Below are positions 51,548-64,000 of a DNA stretch of 64,000 nt, piece by piece. Numbering within the stretch: position 1 is the stretch's first letter; each line of letters starts with the position of its first letter. The notes under the pieces are model-generated. The model was not told where the DNA came from. It did not search any database and saw only the letters and a list, made by a program, of their open reading frames with translations. The DNA lies in the NCBI GenBank assembly GCA_000934665.2, contig KZ537969.1, positions 62,001 through 126,000 on the forward strand, given 5' to 3'. Both the position numbers and the translations under genes were made by a program. Origin of the DNA: Catajapyx aquilonaris (Eukaryota).

Positions 51548-53083
51548 TATCTGCTGCAATTAGACAGTCTGTGTGTTGCTTTGTAAGGTGTGCAGCTCCC
51601 GAAATGTGTATGGCAACCGTGCAATGGCCTTCACATTAGATACACTTCCTGCCTCATGCTTGGGAGCTAAATACACACCTTCCCAGCGTTAAGGTATGAT
51701 CTGGCATGACTATCCCGGCTGCATCTATAATGATGCGATGTGTGGGGTTTTTTAGTGCATTGTGCTCCCCCCCGTGGTTGTAAGTGGTGGCCTATTATAA
51801 CAGAAAAAAGGTTAGGAGGTGGAGGGAAAATAACCTGCTACCTGGGATTCCCTCCACGTGCTTTTGGCTGACACAAATACAGTACTCGCTATCTCATGTT
51901 GAATGAGGGGAGGGATTTGGCGGGGGAGGAAGGGCGGGATGAGGAGGACGGGTGGGGGAGAGAGACATTAAAGTAGTGCCACCGGTGGGAAGCCTTCCAG
52001 TGTGCTGCCAACCGTGATTCAGGGAGCTACTAGTGTGTTGACCCCTGTGGTTGTCGTTCATTACACCTGACATTTTGACCGAAGCTGTGCTGAATATGAA
52101 GTACAAAGGTGAGACTTGTTTCGCGCAATCCTGAAAGTTATCGTGCAATCACTGTGTGGAAGGAAATGGTGTGAAGGTTACATTGCAAGCATTGTTACGG
52201 GAGTTAGTAATAGTTCAGTGTTTCTCAGTAGCCTCTTGGGACGTGTGTTGAGGCGCAGTAAGTAGTCCTTTTTGATAACAAGTCTGATTGCAAAAGGGCA
52301 AATATGTGCTAATCTTGGGTTGATTGACATAAGCCATGTAGTAATAGCCAAGAAAGTTGCCAACCAGTGTTCCTTTTTCCTGCCGCCACTGAAGAAAATA
52401 TGCTAGGAATCAATTCAGTCTCAAGGAAATAGTGTAGGCGTCTGCATGGCGCTACATGGCAATGATTGCTTGCATAACGTGTAAGTGCATTTCATTTCTC
52501 TGGGCCAGTTTCACTGGGTGAAAAGGTACCGTCATGTTAGTATTTACTAGTGTATTACCTTGACAGAATGAGCAATGATATTCTTAGCTACCAAGTAACT
52601 CCCTTGTGTATACATAAGGATATAAATAAACTGCCAAGTTGCAGATGCACGTTAATCCTATGTCATGACGAATCAATTTAATTCATTGACCTACTTGTCT
52701 GGTTGCTGTGGGTTGAAAGGCCATTTTGTAAACAGTCATATTGCGAGCATGCTTAGCGGCAATATATTTTAATTCGTGTGTTATCTTTGACAAGTATGAT
52801 TATTTTTGAATTTATGAAGTCAGCATAAGCACCAGCAGAGTAGAATTCAGGTCAGGATGTGTCGTACTTGAATAATGACGAAAGAGCTTGTAAAGTAGGT
52901 TATTAGCCTACTACTGAAATAATTCATGGCCACTGTTTATGCAGCATGAACAATGGGCTTTTAGGGGATCATATCTCAGAAGGTTAATGCAGCAGTGATG
53001 TAATAGCATTACCCCATTCATGTCATTTTACATGTCCATAACCCAAAGTAACTTGCGTGCTAACAACTTATTGTGTATTTCAG

Positions 53084-56000
53084 CTCCCGAGAGCAAGCCA
53101 TCATTCTACATAGGGGATGAAAGTGGTTTAGATGACTCCGACTATGAGTCTGAGTCTGCCCCTTCCTCTCCCTACTCACCCCCCTCCTCTCCCCTTCACT
53201 ACAGAAAGCACGCCTTAAAAATGACACGTGAACTTTGCGCACCCACCACCTCCTCCTCCCCTCACTCCTCTTCCTCCCCAGCCTTTCAACCTCACGTGGA
53301 GGTGGAGAAACTACTTCAAGCCTGTCCTCCACCTCCGATAAAACCTCCCTCGACCACCACTCCTTCCCTCACAAGGAAATCCTCATCGCCTGTCCGGTCT
53401 CATGGCGACCTCAAGTCCATGGTGGATGCGGGGAAAGCTAAGGAGGTAGCGCAGCTTGTTAATTACTTGCCAAGTAGTGCCCAAGGTTGAGACTGACTGT
53501 TTTCTTAATATTGCAGGTGAAGCTTCTCCTTCGGGAGGCCAGCTGGATGGTTGATGATCCCATCCGCAAGGAACTGTGGGTCACCCTCAGCGGCCAGCAT
53601 GAGGCCAGCAAGACAAGCCTGGATGGAATGTACTGGGAAACAGTGAAGCAGATATTTGGCCATACTGATCTTCCCATGCAGGCGATTGCTTTGCCCTCAT
53701 TTATGGATAACCAGCAACCTTTTACCTACTATCTGACCACCGAGGGACGGCGGAAAGCAGAGAGAGTTGTCACAGTGATTGGTTACGCTTATCCTGACAT
53801 TACATACTGCCCCTTGGTGTTCCCCCTGGCATGCCTCCTGCTGCACTACCTTCCTGAGGAGCCTTGCTACGAGGCCCTCCTCACCTTGCTTAGCGCAAAA
53901 CACAAGCGATTCATCACCCAGACTAAGCTACTTCACGAAGTTACCTGGAGGACTGCAATGCAGCTGACCAAGAAGTTTGCCAAAAATGCCTTTGTACACC
54001 TTTCACGCCCTCTGGGCCGAGAAGCCCTTGAGCACATGTTTCAAGGATGGCTTGGGTGGATCTTCAGGGAGCTGCCTATCTCACACCTTCTTCGGGTGGT
54101 TGATTGCTACCTGCACGAGGGCATGAAGGTTCTCTACCGCATTGCAATGGCCATCTGCATCCTCTTTTGGAAGCATCACACTAGAGTGGATGCTCAGGAA
54201 GTGGAAGCGACGTTTATGAGATTTTGTAGGGAGATGGGCAACACTGTTTCACCAGACAAGTTGCTGAAGACAGCCTTCACCATAAGGCACCTGCGCAGCA
54301 AGGAAATCAGCAGCATCTTCCTGAAGACCGAAATGTGCCTGAAGAGCAATTCTGTCATCTGTGGGTCGTCACAGGTGCAAAGGTCGAAATCATCGGAGAA
54401 CATGCCTACTAGTCAGTCGCAGCTGGACATTCACATGATGTCGCATACTCTTACCATTCGAGAGGTGAGTCCACTTTTCTCTCAGTCATCACTATTTCAA
54501 TGTAATGAATTGGTGGTTGGATCTTCTCTGTTGTCAAATGAGATTTTGACTGTCGAATACAGCTTGGTGGCTTTGGGTGAACTAATACTTGTGGTTGCTG
54601 TTTTTCCGGTTTCTGTCTCTCCTGCCAAAACCCTTCCTTCCCCCATGACCTGCTTTCATGCTGCCTGTGCAGGGAGCGACTTCACCTGGGGCCAAGGTGA
54701 AGTCGATGGGTGACTACCCAATTCAGAATCTCAAGTCGAGTGCAGTTGAACATGATTGTGTGAGTAACTCATCTAACAAGCATGACGCACGATTCTTCTG
54801 TCCCACTGTACTGTGTCTGGAATGTTTTGGTGTCTGTTGCCACAGTTGCCTTGTGAAATCTAGGACACATCTGGTTAGCAACTTGAGTGCATGGAGTGAT
54901 GCATATTGACATGAGGGTAACTGAGATGGCCAGCTGTCTTGAATGTGTGGCAACTTGCAGTGCAATGGTTGATTTGCATTTTATAACTCTGATGACATTT
55001 CAGTTGCTGACCCTGTGGTCTTGGCTGCCAGTGCGCATCACAATGTACACTCCCAGTCTTCTGTACACCACGGAGGAACACGGCTGCAGCTTAACCACCT
55101 TCTTTGGGAAAGTGGATGGCTATGAGCCCACCATCATGATTGTCAAGACACTGACCAATGAGGTACAAAAAGTTCTTCCAGCTCTAACAATACTTGGTTT
55201 GAGGGACAAACTAACGTGTTGTACGTAGGGAAACTGACTAAAGAGATGCGCTCTATTTTGCACTGAACATTATACTACCATATCAAATGACCTCGTGTAG
55301 TGTTCCATAGCTGTGATGGCCATTTCATAAAGCTATCCGGTTTGTCACTTTCCTAATAATTATTTTAGATGACCAACTGATCTCCTTTTTACAATTCTGT
55401 GCTTGTGGGGGATGGGGAGCATTGTTGAATGAACATTAGCTTCCCATCCGCAATGGCACATGCAAATTTGACAGGTTAACAGGCATCCGATTTAATTGAT
55501 GACACTGAAACTGCTACAGTGCATTCAGGCAAGAGAATGGTGCTGTTTAATTGTTAGTTCCATTGTTGACAGTCACTGTTGTCCATTACAGTGTCAGTAA
55601 CATTATCTTGAAGCACTAATGCAATGCCAAAATTAATCTATTGATATTATTGTTGCTGGCATTGGGATTGCTTGGACTACAACCCACTAGTTCTGGTCAC
55701 CAATAAAATATTTTTAAAAGTGTGTTAGGAATTTTGATCGAGTTTCTGATGTCAGTGTTTCAGACCATTTAGGAGAAGTTTTTTCATCTCATTTGCTTCT
55801 TATTCACTCTCATCTGATTTTACTGTGATGTCGCAGGTATTTGGAGCTTACTTATCAACTTCATGGCGAGAGCGCAACTGCAGGGATGAGCATGGGAGCC
55901 GACAGGCCTACTTCGGAACTGGAGAGAGCTTCCTCTTCACACTGTCACCAGAGAGGAGAAAGTTTCCATGGGTGGGGATCAACCAGACGAAGGTTGATCA

Positions 56001-56277
56001 TGGTAATGAACTCTTCATGGCAGCTGATGCACATATGCTAACCATTGGAGGAGGGTGAGTGGGGTCTCACTGAATAATGTCTACCTTTAATGGATGACGA
56101 AGGGACTAAAGGTGTTTCAATGCTTGCAGTGGGGGACAAAGCATATGGCTTGATGAGAACCTGCGCTTTGGAAAAACAGAGCCTTGCACAACTTTCGACA
56201 ACCCACCTTTATGCTCCCGCACTGACTTCGAAGTCAAGGTAGTCGAAGTCTTTGGATTCAAGTATGATCAACAGTGA
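53084..56277 (+). CDS. TBC1D24: TBC1D24/skywalker-like Rab GAP (TBC + TLDc domains). Exons 53084-53445, 53517-54464, 54673-54759, 55004-55162, 55837-56054, 56130-56277; start codon uncertain
   Basis: LDGMYWETVKQIFG, PDITYCP, QTKLLHEVTW and LRVVDCYLHEGMKVLYR (TBC), then LLYTTEEHGCSL, VFGAYLS, YFGTGESFLF and IWLDENL...TFDNPPL (TLDc), resembling Drosophila Skywalker. Splice phases are consistent. Confidence 0.93.
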
Positions 56278-57658
56278 AAATGCATCAACATATCGCTTCT
56301 GGTTTTGGTTTTCGCTAGCCAACTCCACGACAAAGTCACTGGCTGTATTATTTTGTCCCAGCCTTTGCAACGAATCTGTATTGTGTGTGGTTATTAACAT
56401 AGCATTCCATTTATGTTGAAAAAAAAGGCAATGCCAGCAGCAGGGAAGCAAATAACGAATCTCCTTAAATCCTTGCACGTAATAATGCATTGTCAGTGCA
56501 ATACTTTGACCTAAGGTGTACAGGAAATTTTTGTTTTGTATTCGTATGTGTAACTGTGTACATGTGTGAATGTGTATAGCAAAGTTAGTAATAGAGTAGT
56601 TGAATCCCATATAACAATACTCGGCTGTGTTAAGTGAACCTGTAGGTTTGTTGGCAGGAAGTATGAACTAATCATGGCAGGTGAAAGGCAGCTAGCTGCC
56701 TGTTACGTAATGCATTGTGCAGCAGTGTCTTAGCATCCATATCTGAGAGTGATGTCGGTGGCCTAGCATAGCAATTAGGTGTGCTTATAAAGGCACCGCT
56801 AACTACAATCATGGCTGTTTCCCAGGGCACAAAAGCATTGCCGACAATAAGGATAAAAAATTTTGTACGTGTTTAAAGTAGGGCATATGGAAGGGTGCAG
56901 AACTCCGTGGGTTAAGCTCCCGTTTCAGTATTTCGTTTGCCAACAAGCATGCAGGAGTGCCAATTTTCTTATTTTGTAGGCTGTTTTATGTGCAAGAGTC
57001 TTCTTCCATTGGTGCAAAATCAGGGTTTGCCTTGAATAGCAACAAATTTTGATTATGTTACTCTGTAATAATTGGCACATGCCTGAAATTGTGCTGATGC
57101 AAAGCTAGCTTGACTGCGATCATTTGCACATTTAGGTCCTGTTGCGTCACTGGTGGTGTATGATCCAACCATAGTTTAATGGAAATAACATTTCATTGTT
57201 GATTATATTTGTGCCCGGCAATGAGTATCATAAACTCTGGATAGATCATCTACCGTCATTGGTGCAGCTGAGCCTTAGACCCATTCAAGTACAAAGGGTA
57301 TAGATTAATATCTTTTTTTTTTTACTTGTTTGTGGAGATTACAAGGAGGATGGATATGCAGATGTTTTTAAGGCCTTGGCTTAATACAGACAGGGACACA
57401 ATCATGTTTAGGAAGTACAGTAATAATATTGTTAACATGTTTAGTACTTGTTCACTGTTTGTCCTTAGTGCTTCTTTGGCATCTAGTCTCTTTTTTTGCT
57501 TGCCAACTGTTGCACATGGAAAGAACTTGTTTAACTGACAGAACAATGACATGCGGAAGAGACATGTAGCCTATTAAACAAGAGAGTACCCATTCACCTA
57601 GTCTATTTATTTACCATATTTTGAGGGAGGGAACTTGAATAGTGGTTTAAGAGAAGTT

Positions 57659-59169
57659 TCATTGCGTCCATTTGCTTTTCTGGGGTAAGGCTGAGAGCAT
57701 TTCAAAGAGCAGGTTTGCGGCCAGCAAGGCCGTCGTGCCAGATTGGTCGTACGGTGGGGACACCTCCACTATGTCGCAGCCGATCAGATTTAATCCCTTG
57801 CAACCTCTTATTATCTCCAGCGCCTGAATTGTTGTGAGGCCTCCAATCTCAGGAGTACCTGTTTTTATGAAAATTCAAAGGTTGCTTTTATATGTGTAAT
57901 TTACATACTCACCTGTCCCAGGAGCAAACCCAGGGTCAATTCCATCAATATCAAAGGACAGGTAGACAGGCATGTTACCCATCATGCCCCGCACTTCCTC
58001 CATGAGTGGGATTAGGGACTTATGCCAACATGCTTCAGCCAACACCACACGGAATCCCTGAAATTAGAGGTCAAGTTTATTGCTAGCTGCATCATCAGTA
58101 CAAAGTCCTTTCTCTCGCCTGTGATATTGCCCAGTCATTGTCTTGCAATGTATACTTTGAGCCCCTGATGCCAATCTGGACAACTTTATTCGTGAGTAGC
58201 AGGCCTTCTTCCTGGGCTCTCCTAAAGGTGGTCCCATGCGCCACTCTCTGTTCCATCATGGTGTCACTTGTGTCACTGTGTGCATCCACCTGGATCAGCC
58301 CAACTGGACCCCAACGTTTCTGCCAGGCGATAAGAGCAACATTTTTACAAGTGCATGGACGCATTCCATGAATTTTAAAAATATCGCCATTGAGTCGTAC
58401 AAGCTCGTTACGGGAACTTGTGTTGCGTGAAGCAATTTCTCTTTCCCAAAATATAACAGGAAATGTTTTTGCATAGGATTTGTATCCATGCACATTATAC
58501 CTTAATAGCTTGCAATACAGGATAGGTGAGGGTGTGGTCTCCTCCAATTGCCAGTGGCTTACATCCACTCTTCATTATTTGTTCAAAAAAGGAGCGAATG
58601 TCTTCAACTGCTCTGGTCAAGCTGAAAAATAACGACATGCTAGACAAGTACATGCTTGAAATAAAGATTTTGCTCTGCACACCTGTACAGGTTTAGAGGA
58701 ACATCTCCCACATCTGCCACGTTGAGATTGCGGAATGGCTCCACCTGAGTGGCAAAGTTGGCTGGGCGCAACAAGGCGGACTCAGTGCGTACTTGTCTGG
58801 GGCCAAACCTAGTTCCAGGACGGTTTGACGTGCCAATGTCAAGTGGAATTCCAACAATGCAGGCATCCAAGTCTAGGTAGAAAGAGGCCTATTGAATGAA
58901 CGACCCCCTCAGTGAATAAAGACCATGAGAGCTGGTATACCTTTCCAAGCATCAGGTTTCCCCTCCAAGGATGGAAGTCTCATGAAGGACATGATCCCAA
59001 CTGGTGGTGGGAATGCTGATCGATCCATCGGTTGGTACCATTGTGATGGACCATCAACTAATGAGTGACTGCAAGCCATGCGTCTTGTCCTTTCTTGAGT
59101 GGCCCCTGTGCAAGTGAGGCATGCTGGCCACTTTACCAGATGGCGTATGTTGCATAAAGGACATCGCAT
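57659..59169 (-). CDS. AGMAT: Agmatinase/AGMAT-family ureohydrolase, copy A (N-terminus uncertain, see findings). Exons 59169-58941, 58872-58683, 58621-58501, 58319-58119, 58057-57913, 57858-57659
   Basis: [57 protein letters not shown] and [12 protein letters not shown]; Mn-ligand motifs intact. The fourth coding-region intron (58118-58058) needs a GC donor. Confidence 0.88.
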
Positions 59170-60009
59170 GTGCCAGTCATAGGTTGATAGCTAACATAGT
59201 TAAATTGACAAAAGGACCAAGCATATTTTCATATGAAGTTAGCAAATATCCTGAACTTTGGTCACGAAATATTTGTGTTACAATTGTTTTCAAGTAGCAC
59301 TGACTTGCAAAGACTACTAAAATAAATGAAATTGGATATTACCTGGAATTGCCTTATGCCTCAGAAGTCAAGATTATCCCAGCTTGAGTCGTGTATTCTG
59401 AAACTTGCACCGGCTGAAAATCTGTCCACCAAGAAGAAAAAACCTGGCAACCCAAGCTTTATAATCTGATGCAGCCATGCTTCAGTTATTCTTGCTTAAT
59501 ACCCAAGGTTTGATATGCCAACATGTTTTTCCGCAGTACGCACTTCAATGCCATGCAGTATCAGCAGAACAAATGGGGTACAAATATTATTGCCTTAAAA
59601 TTTTACACATAATAATGCACTTGCCGCTGCAATACTTTCAGGTGCAAAGGAATTTATTTTGTATTTGTGCATGTAGCCTATAATGTGATGAAGTTAGAGT
59701 AACTGACTCCTACATAACATAACTTAGCTATGTGTGTGAACTAGTACGGAATTAGGGAAAAAGAGGAGCTCTTGAAGCCGTGATGTAAGATGAAGAGCAA
59801 TAATCATCTTAGGAAGTAAATATTTTGTTGACATGTTTAATATTTGCTCACTGTTTGTGCAGAAGCTTCAGTGCCTTGCATTGCTATATAGCAGCAAGGA
59901 AAAAACGTATCTGAATGAATAATGAACATGAGGAAAAGTCATCATATATCCCAAATCTAAATGCAAGTGTTATTATTCATGTTATTTGACATACAGAGGC
60001 GTGAACATA

Positions 60010-61819
60010 TCACTGATTCCATTTGCTTTTCTGGGGTAAGGCTGAGAGCATTTCAAAGAGCAGGTTTGCGGCCAGCAAGGCTGTGGTGCCAGCTTGGTCA
60101 TATGGCGGGGAGACCTCCACTAGATCACAGCCAACCAGGTTTAATCCTCGGCTGCCCCTGATGATCTCCAGGGCCTGGATTGGAGTGAGGCCTCCAATCT
60201 CAGGAGTACCTAATTTAAAATCAGTGTAATGGTATTGTTGCATTTTTGTATATTCACAACTCACCTGTCCCAGGAGCAAACCCAGGGTCAATTCCATCAA
60301 TGTCAAATGAGAGGTAAACAGGCGCATCACCCATCATGCCCCTCACTTCCTCCATGAGTGGGGCCAGGGACTTATGCCAACATTCTTCAACCAACACCAC
60401 ACGGAATCCCTGAAATTATACAGGCCAGATGCATTAATCCTGCAAAATAGTTTTCCTAATTCCTTTCTCTCACCTGTGATATTCCCCAGTCGTTATCCTC
60501 CAGTGTGTACCTAGAGCCCCTGATACCAATCTGGACAACTTTATTCTTAAGGAGGAGGCCATCTTCCTGAGCTCTTCTAAAGGTGGTCCCATGAGCCACC
60601 TTCTGTCCCATCATTGTGTCGCTGCAATCATTGTGTGCATCCACATGGATCAAGCCAACTGGACCCCAACGTTTCTATTAATCATAATAACATATATTAT
60701 TCCCTATGAATGTGACTCTTTTTTAAAGGTAACTGAATTTATGGCAAGAACTTGAAAATAGCATTTGTCACTTTACGAGGCTCCCTAGAGCACATAGATG
60801 TTTCACTTTTTCACTGGTATTGTATAGTGTGAAATAGTATTACACACTATATAGTAGTTTTATTAGGTGCTTTTACAGCTCTCCGTTGAGAGCACCTGAT
60901 ACATAACCAGATTAAAATAATCTTATCAGAAATGCTGTCATGCTTTGCAGTATGTAGCATGTGCCATCAGATATGCAAAAATAATGTGCGTGTTAGAGAA
61001 CATACTGTTACTGTATTTAAGTGTATAGTGTATATGACAATGATTTCATCACCATTAACAAATGATCCACGTTATCATGCATAAGCATGCCCAAATTGGA
61101 TTGGCAGCTTGTTTGCATTTTGTACTTGTATTTATGCAGGGCTAACCTTGATAGCTTGTAGCACAGGATAGGTGAGTGTGTGATCTCCTCCGATGGCTAG
61201 TGGCTTGCATCCACTGTCCACTATTTGTTCAAAATGGGTGCGAATGTCTTCAACTGCCTTGGTCAAACTGCAAGATTATATTTAGCGTATCTGCAGCCAT
61301 GACATGTTGTGTCACTTGACATACTTGTACATGTTGAGAGGAACATCTCCCACGTCCGCCACATTCAGGTTCTTGAATGGCTGTATCTGGGTAGCAGAAT
61401 TGGAGGGACGCAACAAAGCACTCTCAGTGCGCACTTGTCTGGGGCCAAACCTAGTTCCAGTGCGGTTTGATGTTCCAGTGTCAAGTGGTACACCAACAAA
61501 GCAAGCATCCAAATCTGGTTAGAATAAATTTAAAATATAAGTCCTGGCGGACTTAACAGTGTCAATAATAATAATTTGTGTGATACCAACACATACCTTT
61601 CCAAGCATCAGGTTTCCCTTCTAATGAAGGAATCCTCATGAAAGACATGATGCCTACTGGTGGTGGAAATTTTGATCGGTCCATTGGTTGGTACCATTGT
61701 GATGGACCACCTGATGATGACTGACCAGAGGCCAGCCGTCTTGTCAACTCCTGCAATCCCCGGTAAGTGTGAGGCTTGACCACATGCGCAGAGGACACAA
61801 GACGTTGTAAGAAGGACAT
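60010..61819 (-). CDS. AGMAT: Agmatinase/AGMAT-family ureohydrolase, copy B, ~359 aa. Exons 61819-61597, 61514-61325, 61267-61147, 60674-60474, 60409-60265, 60209-60010
   Basis: Same motifs ([29 protein letters not shown]). Exons 2-6 are the same sizes as in copy A. The Ser/Arg/Leu-rich N-terminus resembles a mitochondrial presequence. Confidence 0.93.
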
Positions 61820-62244
61820 GACGATGTTACCAGCTGCTCAGGCTGAATGCCACCTCTGTACTAACGTGCTTTGCTTTCTAATGAATAATCTTGTGTAATA
61901 GAGGTCAAGGTTAGCAGTGTACTTCAAGGCTCCTGCTTAGGCAGATAATGTATCTGGCTATATCTTCTAGAAGCACACATTATTTATCCATTTCATATGC
62001 ATTATAGTAGTGATAGTGGGCCTGTTAAGTGTCTCATTATCTTAGTATTATTCACTTGCACTGTATATCTTCTCACATAATAAGATTGGACATATTGACG
62101 CATGTAGAGCCAAAGTAACTATAATATACCTGCATTGTTGAGTTGACAATAATGGCAACATTGGTCCAATTTATATTATAAGTATCTCAGCAACAGGCAA
62201 ACAGCTATGTAATCGGCACCCTTCGAAGTGTGCATACGTGCATT

Positions 62245-63757
62245 ATGGGTTCCAAAATAAAATACTTTCGTGATGGAGACCATTTTTGGGAAGTCTACTG
62301 GAAATACCTGCGGAGCCATAACCCGGAAGATGAGCCTGACAAAGAGGCGGTGCTGGAATGGATCATGAGAACCGTATGTTGGACAATAGTTGTACTAATA
62401 GTGTTTCACCCATTATGCTTTACCTGCACCTTTCTTAAATAGTGCCCATGGAGGAAGAAACGACTATCCTTAGTAGATTCTCCTCCTGCACCAAAGTATG
62501 GCATGCGACTTTTGATGGAGCGTCATAATGCTCTACGACCAGAACAGCACTTCCGGCAAATTTATGATGAAAGAGCAGAAATGGTGAGGTTTATTTTTAA
62601 AAATTCAAACCCCGGATTGAGTTTACCATATTTGATTTGGTGAATAATAAAGTAACATCCACGATTAATTTCCAATCATTTTATTCCCCAAATGGATCTG
62701 GTTACAGGTTAAACTGCGTGGTCCTGGACACTATGACCATGGCCGATGGCCAGACAAGCAGTTTCGACATTGTAATCGCCATTCGGGTTTCTATAAATAT
62801 CCACCCCATGAAGAACGTAAACCTACGCCTGAGACGAGGTACAAGTGGTACCGTCCTCCGCCCATGACAAATCGTCCCATCAGGCATGAAAATCAGTTCT
62901 GGTTATCCCCTGCTCCAGAGCCAGTCAGTATACCTCTGTTTCTCTCCAAGTCGGAAATAGAACTACATTTTTTTTGCTATAATTTCTAATGCGCTCGTAC
63001 TAACAACAACTTGCTTCAGAAACCTGCGGCGCCCTTCTCTTACTTCCCGGTAGGCTATAAAGGCAAGTACCTGAACGAGGACGTGCTGGATTACTTAACG
63101 AAATTGTCAAGATCACCACCATTCGCCAGCAATGAGGACTACATGAGGGACTACTTGAAGGTAGCTGCCAAGTGGAGGTGCACCCACAACCCTCTCGACT
63201 ACTACCGGCATGATGGGCAGAAAGCGCAGAAGAAGAACAGTTTTGTGACGGAAACCGAATTTCCGACTGTCCATTCTGCCGCCTGGTCCACAACGACAGC
63301 GATGAATTTGGTGTTACCAGAGGACTTTAAGCATTCCTCTGGAGATCACTCCCGGCGCAAGAAAGGACAGGCGACGGCTGGCCATATGTTGGTACCACAT
63401 GACTTCAAGTACACCCCTATTGACTACTCCTGGCGTACCGGTAATAGGAGAGGTTCGCAAAGACGCAGTTGGGTTCCTACAGAAGGAATGGCGTACTCAT
63501 CTGAAGACTATAACCGGCTTAGGGCAGCAGCCAAAAGGATTAGCATTGACTTGCCAGATATGTACCCCGAATCCGACGAAGACATCCCTGAGGAGGGACA
63601 AAAGATAACTTTGGCTTCACCAGATGAAAGCGACGTCTCATCGGGCTCGGGAGATCGTCCCGACATACTTGAGAGTGAAAGAGCACCAAACACGAAGAAG
63701 GAGAAGAAGAAGAAGAAGAAGAAGAAGCAGCAGCAGCAGAAGAAGAAGAAGAAGTAG
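62245..63757 (+). CDS. Uncharacterised protein, ~407 aa. Exons 62245-62373, 62443-62583, 62708-62923, 63020-63757
   Basis: Four open exons joined by three short phase-0 GT-AG introns. Aromatic/Pro/Arg-rich N-terminal half, acidic Ser-rich segment and poly-Lys/Gln tail. No family recognised. Confidence 0.65.
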
Positions 63758-64000
63758 GAGCCATCAAATGCATATTCGTTTATGCACATCTAGGGGGTGA
63801 AGGTGAATAGCAATATTCTGTGTTAAATATATTGCAATGCCGACAATTTCAAACTGATGTATACTTTGGTGAGAAATATACATTTTACAAACCATGCAGT
63901 ACCGTACCGTAATACTGATCCTCAAAATGAATATTTATTGGGAAGCACGGCTTGGTTAAGTCGAAATATTTTATCGCGAAATCAACAGTAGGTACTGAAT

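Noticed and set aside
54465..54672. Hydrophobic continuation of ORF 53487-54713 suggesting a transmembrane isoform
   Set aside because: It lies between a consensus GTGAGT donor and a CAG acceptor; retention would shift the frame and lose the TLDc domain. No evidence of use.
57659..61819. Agmatinase pair as recent bacterial horizontal transfer
   Set aside because: Both copies have five spliceosomal introns in the coding region and closely follow animal AGMAT motifs.

Overview
Compact, intron-rich invertebrate (arthropod-like) nuclear DNA with many 50-100 nt introns. In order: the 3' part of UGGT (+), Wnt11 (-, convergent with UGGT), a head-to-head type IV collagen pair (Cg25C/Col4a1-like on -, viking-like on +) with a tRNA-Gly(GCC) gene in a Col4a1 intron, TBC1D24/skywalker (+), two tandem agmatinase/AGMAT-family ureohydrolase genes (-), and a 4-exon gene I do not recognise (+). 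Several MITE/foldback elements lie in introns. I derived exon boundaries by eye from splice signals and checked them for reading-frame phase. Family calls rest on motifs I recognise; no database search was run. I found no CRISPR array or prokaryotic system. Most notable observations: the downstream AGMAT copy has a 1-nt frameshift in its presequence with alternative start codons and a GC-AG intron; Wnt11 has a 30-aa linker insertion that could be spliced out in frame; an antisense promoter-like module sits in a Wnt11 intron; a glycine tRNA gene sits inside a collagen gene; and the unrecognised gene carries internal repeats.
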